A DNA stretch of 64,000 bases from a virus. Its lineage: Duplodnaviria > Heunggongvirae > Uroviricota > Caudoviricetes. Shown here in pieces: positions 39,089-48,511 of this stretch; the first letter of the stretch is position 1, and every line of letters begins with the position of its first letter. The stretch is from the IMG/VR virus record IMGVR_UViG_3300023179_004209, positions 103,832 through 167,831 of that record. One strand, given 5' to 3'. Made by a program: the position numbers and the translations under genes. The notes under the pieces are model-generated. The model was not told where the DNA came from, did not search any database, and saw only the letters and a program-made list of their open reading frames with translations.

Positions 39089-39692
39089 CTAATATATCAC
39101 GAATTAAATCTTCTACCTTTTCCCACTTGTTTGTCAATGGATTTTTTACAACTCCTTCTTGTAAAGATTGTTCACCGGATGGAAACATAAATGCACCTTT
39201 AGTAGATGGATTGCTAACAAAGTCAAATGCAATCAATTCAAAATCATCTTGAACTTCATCAGTTCCTTCATGTACATTCTTTTTAACACTACCCATTCCT
39301 CTGGAACTAATACCCAACTTAATACCACAATTGAGTAATTCTTTTAAAATATTGCCACTTGGTGTAGTTAAAATTTCTACTTCGCCCATTAAATCATTGC
39401 CATTCCAATACATTCTTTTTACATTATGACTAACATTCTTTAAATTCACAACGCTACTATCTGGATGGTCTAATTCACCAAGTGCTCTTCTTTCTCTGAT
39501 GAAATTTTCATCATATTTTTGAGCTTCTCTTTGTAAAATTTCTTTGCCGTATACTCTACCGTTTTGATTTTTTGCTTCGGCTCTTTGTAGAACACCTTGT
39601 ACAACCAATGGTCCACCTTTGGACATTGCTTCTTTAAGTACAGATTTATCTACATCAAATGTTATACAATCTACTAATAGTTTTTTATTCAT
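39075..39692 (-). CDS. gp21: Prohead protease (T4 gp21 family)
   Basis: 'NQNGRVY', 'ALGELDHP', 'VSH', 'GISSRGMGS', 'DFVSNPST..A'. Confidence 0.95.
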   Translation of the reverse strand: MNKKLLVDCITFDVDKSVLKEAMSKGGPLVVQGVLQRAEAKNQNGRVYGKEILQREAQKYDENFIRERRALGELDHPDSSVVNLKNVSHNVKRMYWNGNDLMGEVEILTTPSGNILKELLNCGIKLGISSRGMGSVKKNVHEGTDEVQDDFELIAFDFVSNPSTKGAFMFPSGEQSLQEGVVKNPLTNKWEKVEDLIRDILGEIK

Positions 39693-39697
39693 ATATA

Positions 39698-40399
39698 TTA
39701 TACTCCTTTTGTTGCAGTGTTTGTTGGTACAACAGGAGCAACTGGTGTTGCTGGAGCTTGTTGTTGTTTCTTCTTTACAGAAGGTGTAACAACTGCATTA
39801 CCTAAAATTTTGATTTGATATGGTGCTTTAACAAAGTATTCACTTTCTTTTTGTTTACCTTGTTCTCTACCTTTGACTATTATTACGTATTTTTCATAAT
39901 AAAAATCAATACTTACGCCAGAAACATTTACTATATAATCTTTTTCTGGTTGACCATATCCTTTTGATGCTCTTAATTGGACTTGTTTATTTCCAATTTT
40001 ACTCATTATTTTGTTTTGAAAAGTTCCTTTGTTTTGTAAAGTAGATTGCGATACTCTAGATTCAAAATCACTTAAATCAGATTTAGCATCATATAAATTT
40101 GGATCTTCTTGTCCTTGTTCGCCACCTTGTTGTACATTTGGATCTTGTTGAGGATTTGTACCTGGTTCGGCAGCTTCATTTACTGGCTTTGCAAGAGTAT
40201 ATCCAAGAGCAGTAGCTACGTCTGGTCTACCTTTTTTATTTTTAGAAACCCAAGTAGGAACTCTTGGTACACCAGCAGAACCTTCTCCACTACCAGCAGC
40301 AGCAGAAGTAGTAATTTCATCTACAACTTGTTTAATAAGTTCTCTTAACTTGTCTGTAAGAGATTCTTTTCCTTTAATTAATTCTTTCTTTTTGTTCAT
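39698..40399 (-). CDS. Hypothetical head-region protein (233 aa)
   Basis: ORF between the portal region and the protease; VDE and VNE sites. Confidence 0.7.
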   Translation of the reverse strand: MNKKKELIKGKESLTDKLRELIKQVVDEITTSAAAGSGEGSAGVPRVPTWVSKNKKGRPDVATALGYTLAKPVNEAAEPGTNPQQDPNVQQGGEQGQEDPNLYDAKSDLSDFESRVSQSTLQNKGTFQNKIMSKIGNKQVQLRASKGYGQPEKDYIVNVSGVSIDFYYEKYVIIVKGREQGKQKESEYFVKAPYQIKILGNAVVTPSVKKKQQQAPATPVAPVVPTNTATKGV

Positions 40400-40400
40400 A

Positions 40401-41267
40401 TTAAAGTTGATTTTTGATTTCCTTTATCAATTCATATGATAACAATAGAACCATTACTTGATTGTCTTTAACGAGATTAAATTTTTTAACATTATCAAGT
40501 TGTTTTACAGTTTCATTAATTTTAATCTTAATGACATCATCTGAAATTTTATTGGTTAATTCAGCCAATTGTTTCTTAACATTAGTTACTTCACTGTCAA
40601 TTAATGTTTTCAATGAATTTGTATTGCTTATACTATTAATATATTCTTTTAACAAATTCTTTTGACTTGAATCCAAATCTTTATATTTTTCATTTAAAGA
40701 TTCTACTAATATCTTATAACTTAAAAGACGAACTTCTTCATTTTGTTGTTTATAAACATTGATCATTTCGTCTTCTGTTTCTTTAGCAACTTTTTTAATG
40801 CCACATAAATTTTCAACAATACAAGTTCTAGATGTAACAATTTCTTTTACATCAAACTTTGAATTTTTATCACTATGATTTTCAAAAATTTTATATATTG
40901 AAGCTAAGACTTTATAATTTTTAATACTAGACTTAAATAAATCATTAATTGGATAAACATCTTTGATTTCTTTGATTAAATTATATTTTTCAGATGTTAA
41001 CGACTTTTGATTTAGTTTGTCTCTTTGTTTTAATACAATTTCAATATATTTTTCAGCTTGTGTTTCGTCTTTTGCAACTTCATTAACTAAAAAGTTATAC
41101 AATTGTAACTCTTTGCCTAATTCTTTATTCTCAGAAAAATATTTAAATAGAATATTTTTGGCAAAAGATTCGTCTTTTCCAGACAAAATATCTGATGTCA
41201 CTTGTCGAGTGAGCAATTCAAACAATATTCCTGTGTTTCTAAACTTTGAATGCTTAGCTTTGTGCAT
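40401..41267 (-). CDS. Hypothetical helical head-assembly-region protein (288 aa)
   Basis: Long ORF downstream of the portal gene with its own TATTTATA motif. Confidence 0.75.
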   Translation of the reverse strand: MHKAKHSKFRNTGILFELLTRQVTSDILSGKDESFAKNILFKYFSENKELGKELQLYNFLVNEVAKDETQAEKYIEIVLKQRDKLNQKSLTSEKYNLIKEIKDVYPINDLFKSSIKNYKVLASIYKIFENHSDKNSKFDVKEIVTSRTCIVENLCGIKKVAKETEDEMINVYKQQNEEVRLLSYKILVESLNEKYKDLDSSQKNLLKEYINSISNTNSLKTLIDSEVTNVKKQLAELTNKISDDVIKIKINETVKQLDNVKKFNLVKDNQVMVLLLSYELIKEIKNQL

Positions 41268-41288
41268 ATAATTTAATCTTCGTTATTT

Positions 41289-41296
41289 TATAAATA
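41289..41296 (-). promoter_or_regulatory. TATTTATA late-gene motif
   Basis: Exact match upstream of 41267. Confidence 0.7.
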
Positions 41297-41343
41297 TAGT
41301 AAATTTATAGTAAAAATCATTTTTAATATACTATTTACATGGA

Positions 41344-43269
41344 TTATTCAATAATATTTTTTTCGTCTAACATTGATAGACTTTTTGTTTCGTTTAAAAG
41401 TTCACTTTTGATTTGAGAAGTAGTTTTTAAAAAGTCATTTAAACCCTCTAAACTCAATGGAGATTTGGTTTTGGAACCTTGTCTAAGTGGATCAGTTTGT
41501 GATTGAGATATATTTTCTTTACTTCCTAGTGGATCATACCCAAATGCAATATCTTTTCTCTTTTTATGAGATCCTTTTTGTGAAGGTCTTTTGTATGTTC
41601 TAAGTGATTTTTCAGTTAATGCAGGAGCTTCACCGCCACCAGCTTCTCCTCCTTTTTCTCCACCGGTTTCAGCACTTGGTTCCGTACTACCTGATTCTGC
41701 ACCAGGTTCACCTCCACCAGTTTCGCCACCCATTTCTCCACCACCACTACTTGATCCGCCTTCTTCAGGTTTAATTTTGTTGAATGGTTTAGCTGGATCA
41801 ATACCTTCATCTTCAATTTGTTTGAATCTGTAAGATTGTTTAGCATCTTCAACCAAATCATTCTTTTGGATATCTACATCTTCTTCAGAAATCTTAAATA
41901 CATTTTCATATATCCACTTCTTACTAAATAACTTAGTTTCCATCATGTCTTTAGAAAGATTTACTTTATCTTGCCAAATAGCAATCTTTTCTTTTTCAAA
42001 AATCACTGACGGATTTGTTAATTCTAATGTAAAATCAACCAATGATGCATCTTTATATCCTTGAGCATACAAATGTACCATTGCAATTTTGTTCAATTCA
42101 CTAATCAATATTCTTTGTACTCTATTAACAGTCTTAGCAAATCTTACATCTTCACTTGCAAGTGTTGCTTTACCACTCAAATCTTCTTCATAACCCAAAA
42201 ATGCTTTTGGAATCTTTAATGCAGCTAACATCTTGTTACGAAGATATTCAATGTCATCAATACCATTGAATTCCATACCACTCAATGGTTCAATACTGGT
42301 ACCACTATCACTACCACGAACTGGTAAATAAAAGTCTTCTACCATGTTTTGAAGATTGAAACGAAGATTGTAGTCTCCAGTTCTTTCATCAATATATGGA
42401 ACTTTTTTCATCTTATCCATCAACTTTTGCATATATTGATCTACTTCAGATGGTGGAATATTGCCAACATCAACCTTAAAAATTCTCTTTTCAGGAGCAC
42501 GCATTACACGATGAATTAACATTGCATCTTCCATCAATGATAATTGTTTCCAAACTCTTCTGCCACCTTCAATAATACTCTTACCATATGGAATGAAATT
42601 ACTATCACTCAACATTCTAAAATGAGCAACTTGATAATTTTCCAATTCTTCTAATCTTCCACCTTCCGGCAAATTGATTTGGAATTTAACATAGTTCTTA
42701 TTTGTTAAATCACTATTTTCTACACGGGTAACATTGTATGCACTAATTGGTTCTACCATGTAAACACCATATTCTGGACTAATATACATTTTTAAATAGA
42801 AATCACCGTATTTTACAAGATTTCTAGTCCAACTCCACATGTTAAATTCAATATTAAGAATATCATAGAACAAATTATAAAGAATTTGTTTGATATTATC
42901 ATTACTTGAATGAATTACAAGAATTTCCCCCAATTCATTCTTAGTAACACATTCATCTGCATAAATATCCAATGCAGATGCAATGATTGGGTCCATATCC
43001 ATAGTATCATAATCACGGAATAATTCAATACGAGCAGCTTGATAACTTAATGTAAAGTCTCTGCTATATTGATTATATGAAGATGTTCTAATTCTATTAA
43101 AACGATCTCTAAGTGTATTACGGTCAGTAGCATACATTACTTCATCTGTATCTACTACCTTCAATTTCTTACCACCAACATTACGAATTACTGCATCAGT
43201 GGAAAAAAGTCTCTTTAATTTTGAATATAAAGATCTTTGTTTTAATATTTGAAATTCTTCGTTTGCCAT
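41344..43269 (-). CDS. gp20: Portal protein (T4 gp20 family)
   Basis: 'LMEDAMLIHRVMRAPEKRIFKVDVGNIP', 'EDFYLPVRG', 'DDIEYL..K...ALKIP'. Confidence 0.96.
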   Translation of the reverse strand: MANEEFQILKQRSLYSKLKRLFSTDAVIRNVGGKKLKVVDTDEVMYATDRNTLRDRFNRIRTSSYNQYSRDFTLSYQAARIELFRDYDTMDMDPIIASALDIYADECVTKNELGEILVIHSSNDNIKQILYNLFYDILNIEFNMWSWTRNLVKYGDFYLKMYISPEYGVYMVEPISAYNVTRVENSDLTNKNYVKFQINLPEGGRLEELENYQVAHFRMLSDSNFIPYGKSIIEGGRRVWKQLSLMEDAMLIHRVMRAPEKRIFKVDVGNIPPSEVDQYMQKLMDKMKKVPYIDERTGDYNLRFNLQNMVEDFYLPVRGSDSGTSIEPLSGMEFNGIDDIEYLRNKMLAALKIPKAFLGYEEDLSGKATLASEDVRFAKTVNRVQRILISELNKIAMVHLYAQGYKDASLVDFTLELTNPSVIFEKEKIAIWQDKVNLSKDMMETKLFSKKWIYENVFKISEEDVDIQKNDLVEDAKQSYRFKQIEDEGIDPAKPFNKIKPEEGGSSSGGGEMGGETGGGEPGAESGSTEPSAETGGEKGGEAGGGEAPALTEKSLRTYKRPSQKGSHKKRKDIAFGYDPLGSKENISQSQTDPLRQGSKTKSPLSLEGLNDFLKTTSQIKSELLNETKSLSMLDEKNIIE

Positions 43270-43280
43270 AGTTTTATATA

Positions 43281-43288
43281 TATAAATA
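43281..43288 (-). promoter_or_regulatory. TATTTATA late-gene motif
   Basis: Exact match upstream of the portal ATG. Confidence 0.7.
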
Positions 43289-43290
43289 TG

Positions 43291-44886
43291 TTACAATAAC
43301 CAAGTTAGGTTTTCTTTTTTATCTGTTATTTTTCCTGTTGTCATTTGCCATGCTTCTTGGCTACTAATAGTTTGTGCTTTATAAATATTTTGAGTCCCAC
43401 CGATTCTTGTAATACCTCCCAACATCGATCTATTTAAATCCATACTTTGTTGTCTTAACTTTAATGCTGTATCTCTTACCCATAATCCAATACTCATTGC
43501 CATTACCAAATCATCATTATAACCTTTCATTGCAGCTACTTTATTACCGTCCCAAATAAACACGGATAATTCATCCAAAAATCTAATAGATCTTACTTCT
43601 ACAGATCTTTCTCTAAAATAAGTTTCTAATTTTGAAATCAATAATGGTCTGGTTTTCTGACTATTAGTAAAACCAGGAATCATTTTCTTTTCATCTCTAT
43701 TGATCTTATTAGTCAACTGTCTTTCTACATCTACATATTGTAGGTCTGCACTACTATAGAACGTATTTGGATATTGTCTATCTATTATTTGTTGTAAAAC
43801 AGCCCAACCAACATTCGCATTTTCTACAATTAATAAAGCATTATTATAATCAGTAGCAACACTAACCAACATATTACCATAATCTTTAGTGCCAATCTGT
43901 CCTTTATATTCTGCTACTTGAGTCAATGATTCTACATCAATAACTTGAAATGCACTATAATCTGCACCATCGCCTCTTGCAACGTCAGCACTAACTATAT
44001 AATTTCTACTATAATCAGGATATTCCCAAATCCAATAACCATGATCCAATCCTCTCATTTCAATTGGATCTTTTACCTTACTTTGTTTATAAAAATCAAT
44101 AGTAGCAACATCAACAATTCCATTACCAGTAGTTGCAAAGTCACAATCACATTCTTGTGCAGCACCTTTTACACCAGATAGTTCGGTTTGTTTATCTCTC
44201 CAAGCTTGATCTCTTTCTGGATGTAAATGCCATGGAAGTCTAATTGTATTAAATTTATTTTCCTTGGCTTCTGCTTTTACCCAAGTTTGGTGAAAGAAAT
44301 TACCAACACCATTTGGTGTACTTAACATGATTGCTCTACCACCAGTACTTAATGTATATTGAGCAGATAACCAAATTTCTTCAATGTTATCAATGAATGC
44401 GGCTTCGTCAATAATCAACAATGACAATGCAGAAGAACGACCTGATGTACCAGCAGATGATACTGCTTTAATTTGCGAACCGTTTGTCAATCTTAAACTT
44501 AATCTATTATCTTCTTGTTCTTTTACTTTCAACCAAGAAGGAAGATTATCATTTGCAAATCTAACACGGGTAACAATTTCTTTAGATGTTTCTTGATTAA
44601 TACTAATACAAAGAACATTTTTATCTTTATGAAATACCATTAACCACAAACTGTATGCTGCGGTTAATGTACTAATACCCATTTGTCTGGACTTTAATAT
44701 GATATTAAAATCGTGTTCAACCAAGTCTGTTAAAGCTTCTTCTTGAAACGGATACAAATCAAAGTTTACAGTTCCACGAATAGGATGTTGTATCTTAACA
44801 TACTTTTTCATGAAGTAAATTGGATCTACAAGACATTTCTTATACTCCTCTTTAATTACTTCTTTAAGTGTTTTTGGCGTACTCAT
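43291..44886 (-). CDS. terL: Terminase large subunit (T4 gp17-like)
   Basis: Walker A 'KSRQMGIST', Walker B 'LLIIDEAAF', coupling motif 'STPNG', nuclease 'ADVARGDGADYS' and 'DDLVMA'. Confidence 0.96.
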   Translation of the reverse strand: MSTPKTLKEVIKEEYKKCLVDPIYFMKKYVKIQHPIRGTVNFDLYPFQEEALTDLVEHDFNIILKSRQMGISTLTAAYSLWLMVFHKDKNVLCISINQETSKEIVTRVRFANDNLPSWLKVKEQEDNRLSLRLTNGSQIKAVSSAGTSGRSSALSLLIIDEAAFIDNIEEIWLSAQYTLSTGGRAIMLSTPNGVGNFFHQTWVKAEAKENKFNTIRLPWHLHPERDQAWRDKQTELSGVKGAAQECDCDFATTGNGIVDVATIDFYKQSKVKDPIEMRGLDHGYWIWEYPDYSRNYIVSADVARGDGADYSAFQVIDVESLTQVAEYKGQIGTKDYGNMLVSVATDYNNALLIVENANVGWAVLQQIIDRQYPNTFYSSADLQYVDVERQLTNKINRDEKKMIPGFTNSQKTRPLLISKLETYFRERSVEVRSIRFLDELSVFIWDGNKVAAMKGYNDDLVMAMSIGLWVRDTALKLRQQSMDLNRSMLGGITRIGGTQNIYKAQTISSQEAWQMTTGKITDKKENLTWLL

Positions 44887-45542
44887 TGATTTAATCTATC
44901 CAAAACCATTTGTTTGGCTTTAGTTTCAATTTCAGAGTTATAATTTAATTTATTCAACTCTTCGTTTGCTTTTGCAATATTTTCCTCAACATTTTTTAAA
45001 TCTTCTTTTAGATCTGACAATACTTTTTGTATTTGTGTAGTATCATCCGTCCAAAATTCTTGACTACCATCATCATTAAAAAATTGCAATTTTTCTTCTG
45101 GATTTTTTTCCAAATATTCAATACTATCAGTAATATTTTTCTTAAAATCTTTCATTTCAGAAAGCATACTGTTATAGATTTTATATCTTTCATAATCCGC
45201 ATATACACCCAATACTTTTAATTTACTGTCAAATGAAATAGTACAATCGTAACATTTGCCTGTTTTAGGATAAAACTTATCATCAAGATAATTACCAAAC
45301 TTCATATCTGCATTACAGATACTACATCTTTGATCAATTTTTATTTGTCCAAGTTTGGATACTTTTCTTTTACTTCCATTTTTCCAAACCCATTTATTTC
45401 CTTGACCGTCTTCCCATTCTTCACCTTCTTTTCTTTTACTGTTGTTCAAGTTAGGATCATAACCAACTTGAATAAATGGACGATTTCCCTCGACATAATC
45501 TTTAACTATGTCAAGATTGCTTTTTCCTGTTGCTCTTTTCAT
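44883..45542 (-). CDS. Hypothetical zinc-finger/coiled-coil protein
   Basis: CSIC...CYDC; ATGA overlaps with both neighbours. Confidence 0.7.
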   Translation of the reverse strand: MKRATGKSNLDIVKDYVEGNRPFIQVGYDPNLNNSKRKEGEEWEDGQGNKWVWKNGSKRKVSKLGQIKIDQRCSICNADMKFGNYLDDKFYPKTGKCYDCTISFDSKLKVLGVYADYERYKIYNSMLSEMKDFKKNITDSIEYLEKNPEEKLQFFNDDGSQEFWTDDTTQIQKVLSDLKEDLKNVEENIAKANEELNKLNYNSEIETKAKQMVLDRLNQ

Positions 45543-48511
45543 AACTTTACTTTTAATCTGTCTAATTCCTTTTTGAAATCATCTAAGATCTCAGTTCTTT
45601 TGTTTTTATAACGAAAAGTATTACCTTTCACTAATTTAATTAGTTTTTCTAAAGTGTTAATGTCATTAAATGTTACATTATTGCCAAATAAAAATTTAGC
45701 AACGTCATCCATATCGGTATAAACAGTTTTTATATTTTGTTTTTCTTGTTTACCTTTTGCATTTATTATAACATCTGCACTTTGAAGACCTTTTTTCCAA
45801 TTCATTTGATATCTCTTCATCTTATTTGGATCTTCGGTAGGTTCATAACTATGTGACATAATATTCATTAATAGAATATTTCTTAATGCAGCTTTATACT
45901 TAGAATCTGGTGCTCCAGATAAAGCTTTAATCATGAAATTTAAATCACCGATCATCAAATCGATTTGTACATATCCATCTTCTTTTGGAATTTCTGTAGA
46001 TTTTACTGGATTTCCATCTTCATCTACAATAGGTACATTTAAGTGTAATTGATCTAATCCAGTATTTATTTTAAAAGCTGGTGTTGGAACATTTGACGGA
46101 GTATTTGCTTCTACATGTTGTTTTAATTTTTCATAAAACATCTTTTTATCATAATCATAATTTACACCAAATAATTCATTCAATTGTTCTGTGGATACCG
46201 CAACATCAATATCACCTAATATTGGCTTTGATTTATTTCCGATTATTTCATATTTTAAAGAATCAAGATTCCATATTTTAAATCCATTTTTTACAGTAGA
46301 ATCCAAATATTGTTTTGGTAAATCACTGTTTGCAGCTACTGCATTGCCACCTTCTGTAATTAAAAATTCTTTTAATATATCATTAACAATTTTATTTCCC
46401 AAATCAGCATGTTTTTTGATTTTATCAATAGATGCTTGAGTTTCTGGAGTGGTTGCTTTCTTTTCTTTCTTTGAATATTGTTCAATCATTTTTTCGGCAT
46501 ATTTGTCTTTTATAGCTTTAATAAATGATTGATAATCAAATCCCAAATCAGTAAGAATACCATTCTTATCAAGAGTTCTTGCAAATCCAAGAACGCCTGT
46601 AGTTAAATCTTTTAATTTAACATCATTTGGATTTACACCACCATGTGCAGATAAATTTGGATCAATATTAGTAATCTTTTTGTTAAACAATTCGGCCAAA
46701 AAGTCTGCCAAATCTCTTAAAAATGTACGAGGACTATTTGATATCAATTTATCCACAACATCTTTTCTTAACATTGGAGATACAATTTTACCATCCTTAA
46801 ATTTGGCTCTTACACCTGTATCACCAATTCTTATATTAAGAACTTCTGCCAATGCAGAATACATTCCTCCCATCGTAAATCCTTTTATACCTCTTTCAGG
46901 AGTAAATCTAGTAGCAAACCAATCTTTATATATTTTTGTAGTATATAATAAATCTAATTGAACCCAACTATCTTCTTCAATTTTAATTACAATTTGTTTA
47001 CCATCAGATCTCTTTGCACTTTCAATATCAATGTAATTTTGACCACTCGTTTCAATAAATTTAATTACATTAGTTATATATTCTTTTTTTGTATCACTAC
47101 CATCATCTTTTGATTCAATAGGTATTACGACCATTACATCAATATCACCGTAAGTTATTTGTTTTTTATCATGTTGATCTTGTTTATAATAACCAGCTGA
47201 ACCCAATATTTGATAATCTTTAATTGGAGTTAAAGGTACATTACTTAAAAACATATTCAAATCAGCTAAAAAATCTTTAAACTTTTCAGTTGCTTTTTCA
47301 ATTGTATCGGGTGACAAAATTGTCTTTGATGTTAATTCTGGTTTTAACCAACCACCTTCATCAATTGGTTGTTTATGTGCAGCTCTATTTGCTGCGCTGA
47401 ATTTGGAACGAGAAACATACTTAATGTCACCTTCTGGATGAGAGAATACATAACCTTCGCCTCCAGGTTGATTGCCTATATATGATTTAATTTCAGTATC
47501 TTGATTATCAATTTGATTAATAATTTCTTCTTTGACTGACATTATTTCTACAACTACTTTCCATAAAGATTCAAATCCGTCACGATTACTATTTACATAA
47601 TCAGTAATCTTCTTTTTCATTGCTCCTGTAAGATTACTTTGATCTACCCATTGTAGAAAATCATCGCCAATATTCACTAATCCAGTATCAACTTTACTAT
47701 TCAAATATTTATATAAAATATCTGGAAAGTTAGTCATTTTCATACTAGCCAATTTAGAAGGATTAATAAAATCATCTATATTTCTAGCATGTTTATTTAT
47801 ATAAAGTATAATATCTTTTAATCGTTTTTCATTTACATCAGGTGGATTGTGTACAGATATCGGTGGTATTACCAATAATTGTTTACCTTGAAATATATTG
47901 TAATTTGTAATTGCAGTTTCATTTCCAAAACTATCCACTTCTCTATGAACTACAACCGCAGCTTTACTTTGCGCAATCTTTCTTCCCAATTCAGAATTGA
48001 TGTCAACTGCATAAGTTACAATATTTGGTTTAAAAACATATCGACCATTTTCAATTAATGGCGTATTAAAATATAACAAATCTCCCTTAAAATAACCTCT
48101 AAATGTAGATGGAACTGCCGATTCAAATATTGAAAATGCATTTTTCATGTTTTGAACGAAAAATCTATATTCGTCGGTTTTAACACTTTTGCCTCTATTC
48201 AAAAACATTTGTTCCAATTCTTCTGGAGAAGTTGGTCTGCCATTATAACCTTTAGCAACAAATCCACTTTTATCTGTTAATACAAATTTACCTTCGTCAT
48301 TTCTACCAAATACAACTGCAGGAGAACCATCCCATTTCATTGTAACATTTTTATATCCCCCTTGTTCTAATTCAATAAAACTTTTAATAGAACGAATTGC
48401 TCCTTTTGATCCTTCCCAGAAAATCAAATCTTCAGCGTGATCTATACGAGTAGCTTCGTTTATCAATATATTAGATACCAGAAATTGTTCTAAGTTATTC
48501 AGCTTTATCAT
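45539..48511 (-). CDS. Multidomain protein: ATP-dependent ligase-like domain plus two Pol-beta-type nucleotidyltransferase domains
   Basis: KWDG / FKGDLLY / EGYV / IKYV ligase motifs; 'LGSAG..GDIDV..VQLDL' and 'IGN..GDIDV..VQIDL'. Confidence 0.7.
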   Translation of the reverse strand: MIKLNNLEQFLVSNILINEATRIDHAEDLIFWEGSKGAIRSIKSFIELEQGGYKNVTMKWDGSPAVVFGRNDEGKFVLTDKSGFVAKGYNGRPTSPEELEQMFLNRGKSVKTDEYRFFVQNMKNAFSIFESAVPSTFRGYFKGDLLYFNTPLIENGRYVFKPNIVTYAVDINSELGRKIAQSKAAVVVHREVDSFGNETAITNYNIFQGKQLLVIPPISVHNPPDVNEKRLKDIILYINKHARNIDDFINPSKLASMKMTNFPDILYKYLNSKVDTGLVNIGDDFLQWVDQSNLTGAMKKKITDYVNSNRDGFESLWKVVVEIMSVKEEIINQIDNQDTEIKSYIGNQPGGEGYVFSHPEGDIKYVSRSKFSAANRAAHKQPIDEGGWLKPELTSKTILSPDTIEKATEKFKDFLADLNMFLSNVPLTPIKDYQILGSAGYYKQDQHDKKQITYGDIDVMVVIPIESKDDGSDTKKEYITNVIKFIETSGQNYIDIESAKRSDGKQIVIKIEEDSWVQLDLLYTTKIYKDWFATRFTPERGIKGFTMGGMYSALAEVLNIRIGDTGVRAKFKDGKIVSPMLRKDVVDKLISNSPRTFLRDLADFLAELFNKKITNIDPNLSAHGGVNPNDVKLKDLTTGVLGFARTLDKNGILTDLGFDYQSFIKAIKDKYAEKMIEQYSKKEKKATTPETQASIDKIKKHADLGNKIVNDILKEFLITEGGNAVAANSDLPKQYLDSTVKNGFKIWNLDSLKYEIIGNKSKPILGDIDVAVSTEQLNELFGVNYDYDKKMFYEKLKQHVEANTPSNVPTPAFKINTGLDQLHLNVPIVDEDGNPVKSTEIPKEDGYVQIDLMIGDLNFMIKALSGAPDSKYKAALRNILLMNIMSHSYEPTEDPNKMKRYQMNWKKGLQSADVIINAKGKQEKQNIKTVYTDMDDVAKFLFGNNVTFNDINTLEKLIKLVKGNTFRYKNKRTEILDDFKKELDRLKVKL

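Noticed and set aside
43291-44886. Intron, intein or homing endonuclease in terminase, portal or capsid genes
   Set aside because: Motifs are contiguous with normal spacing; no intein termini or HNH/GIY-YIG/LAGLIDADG motifs were seen
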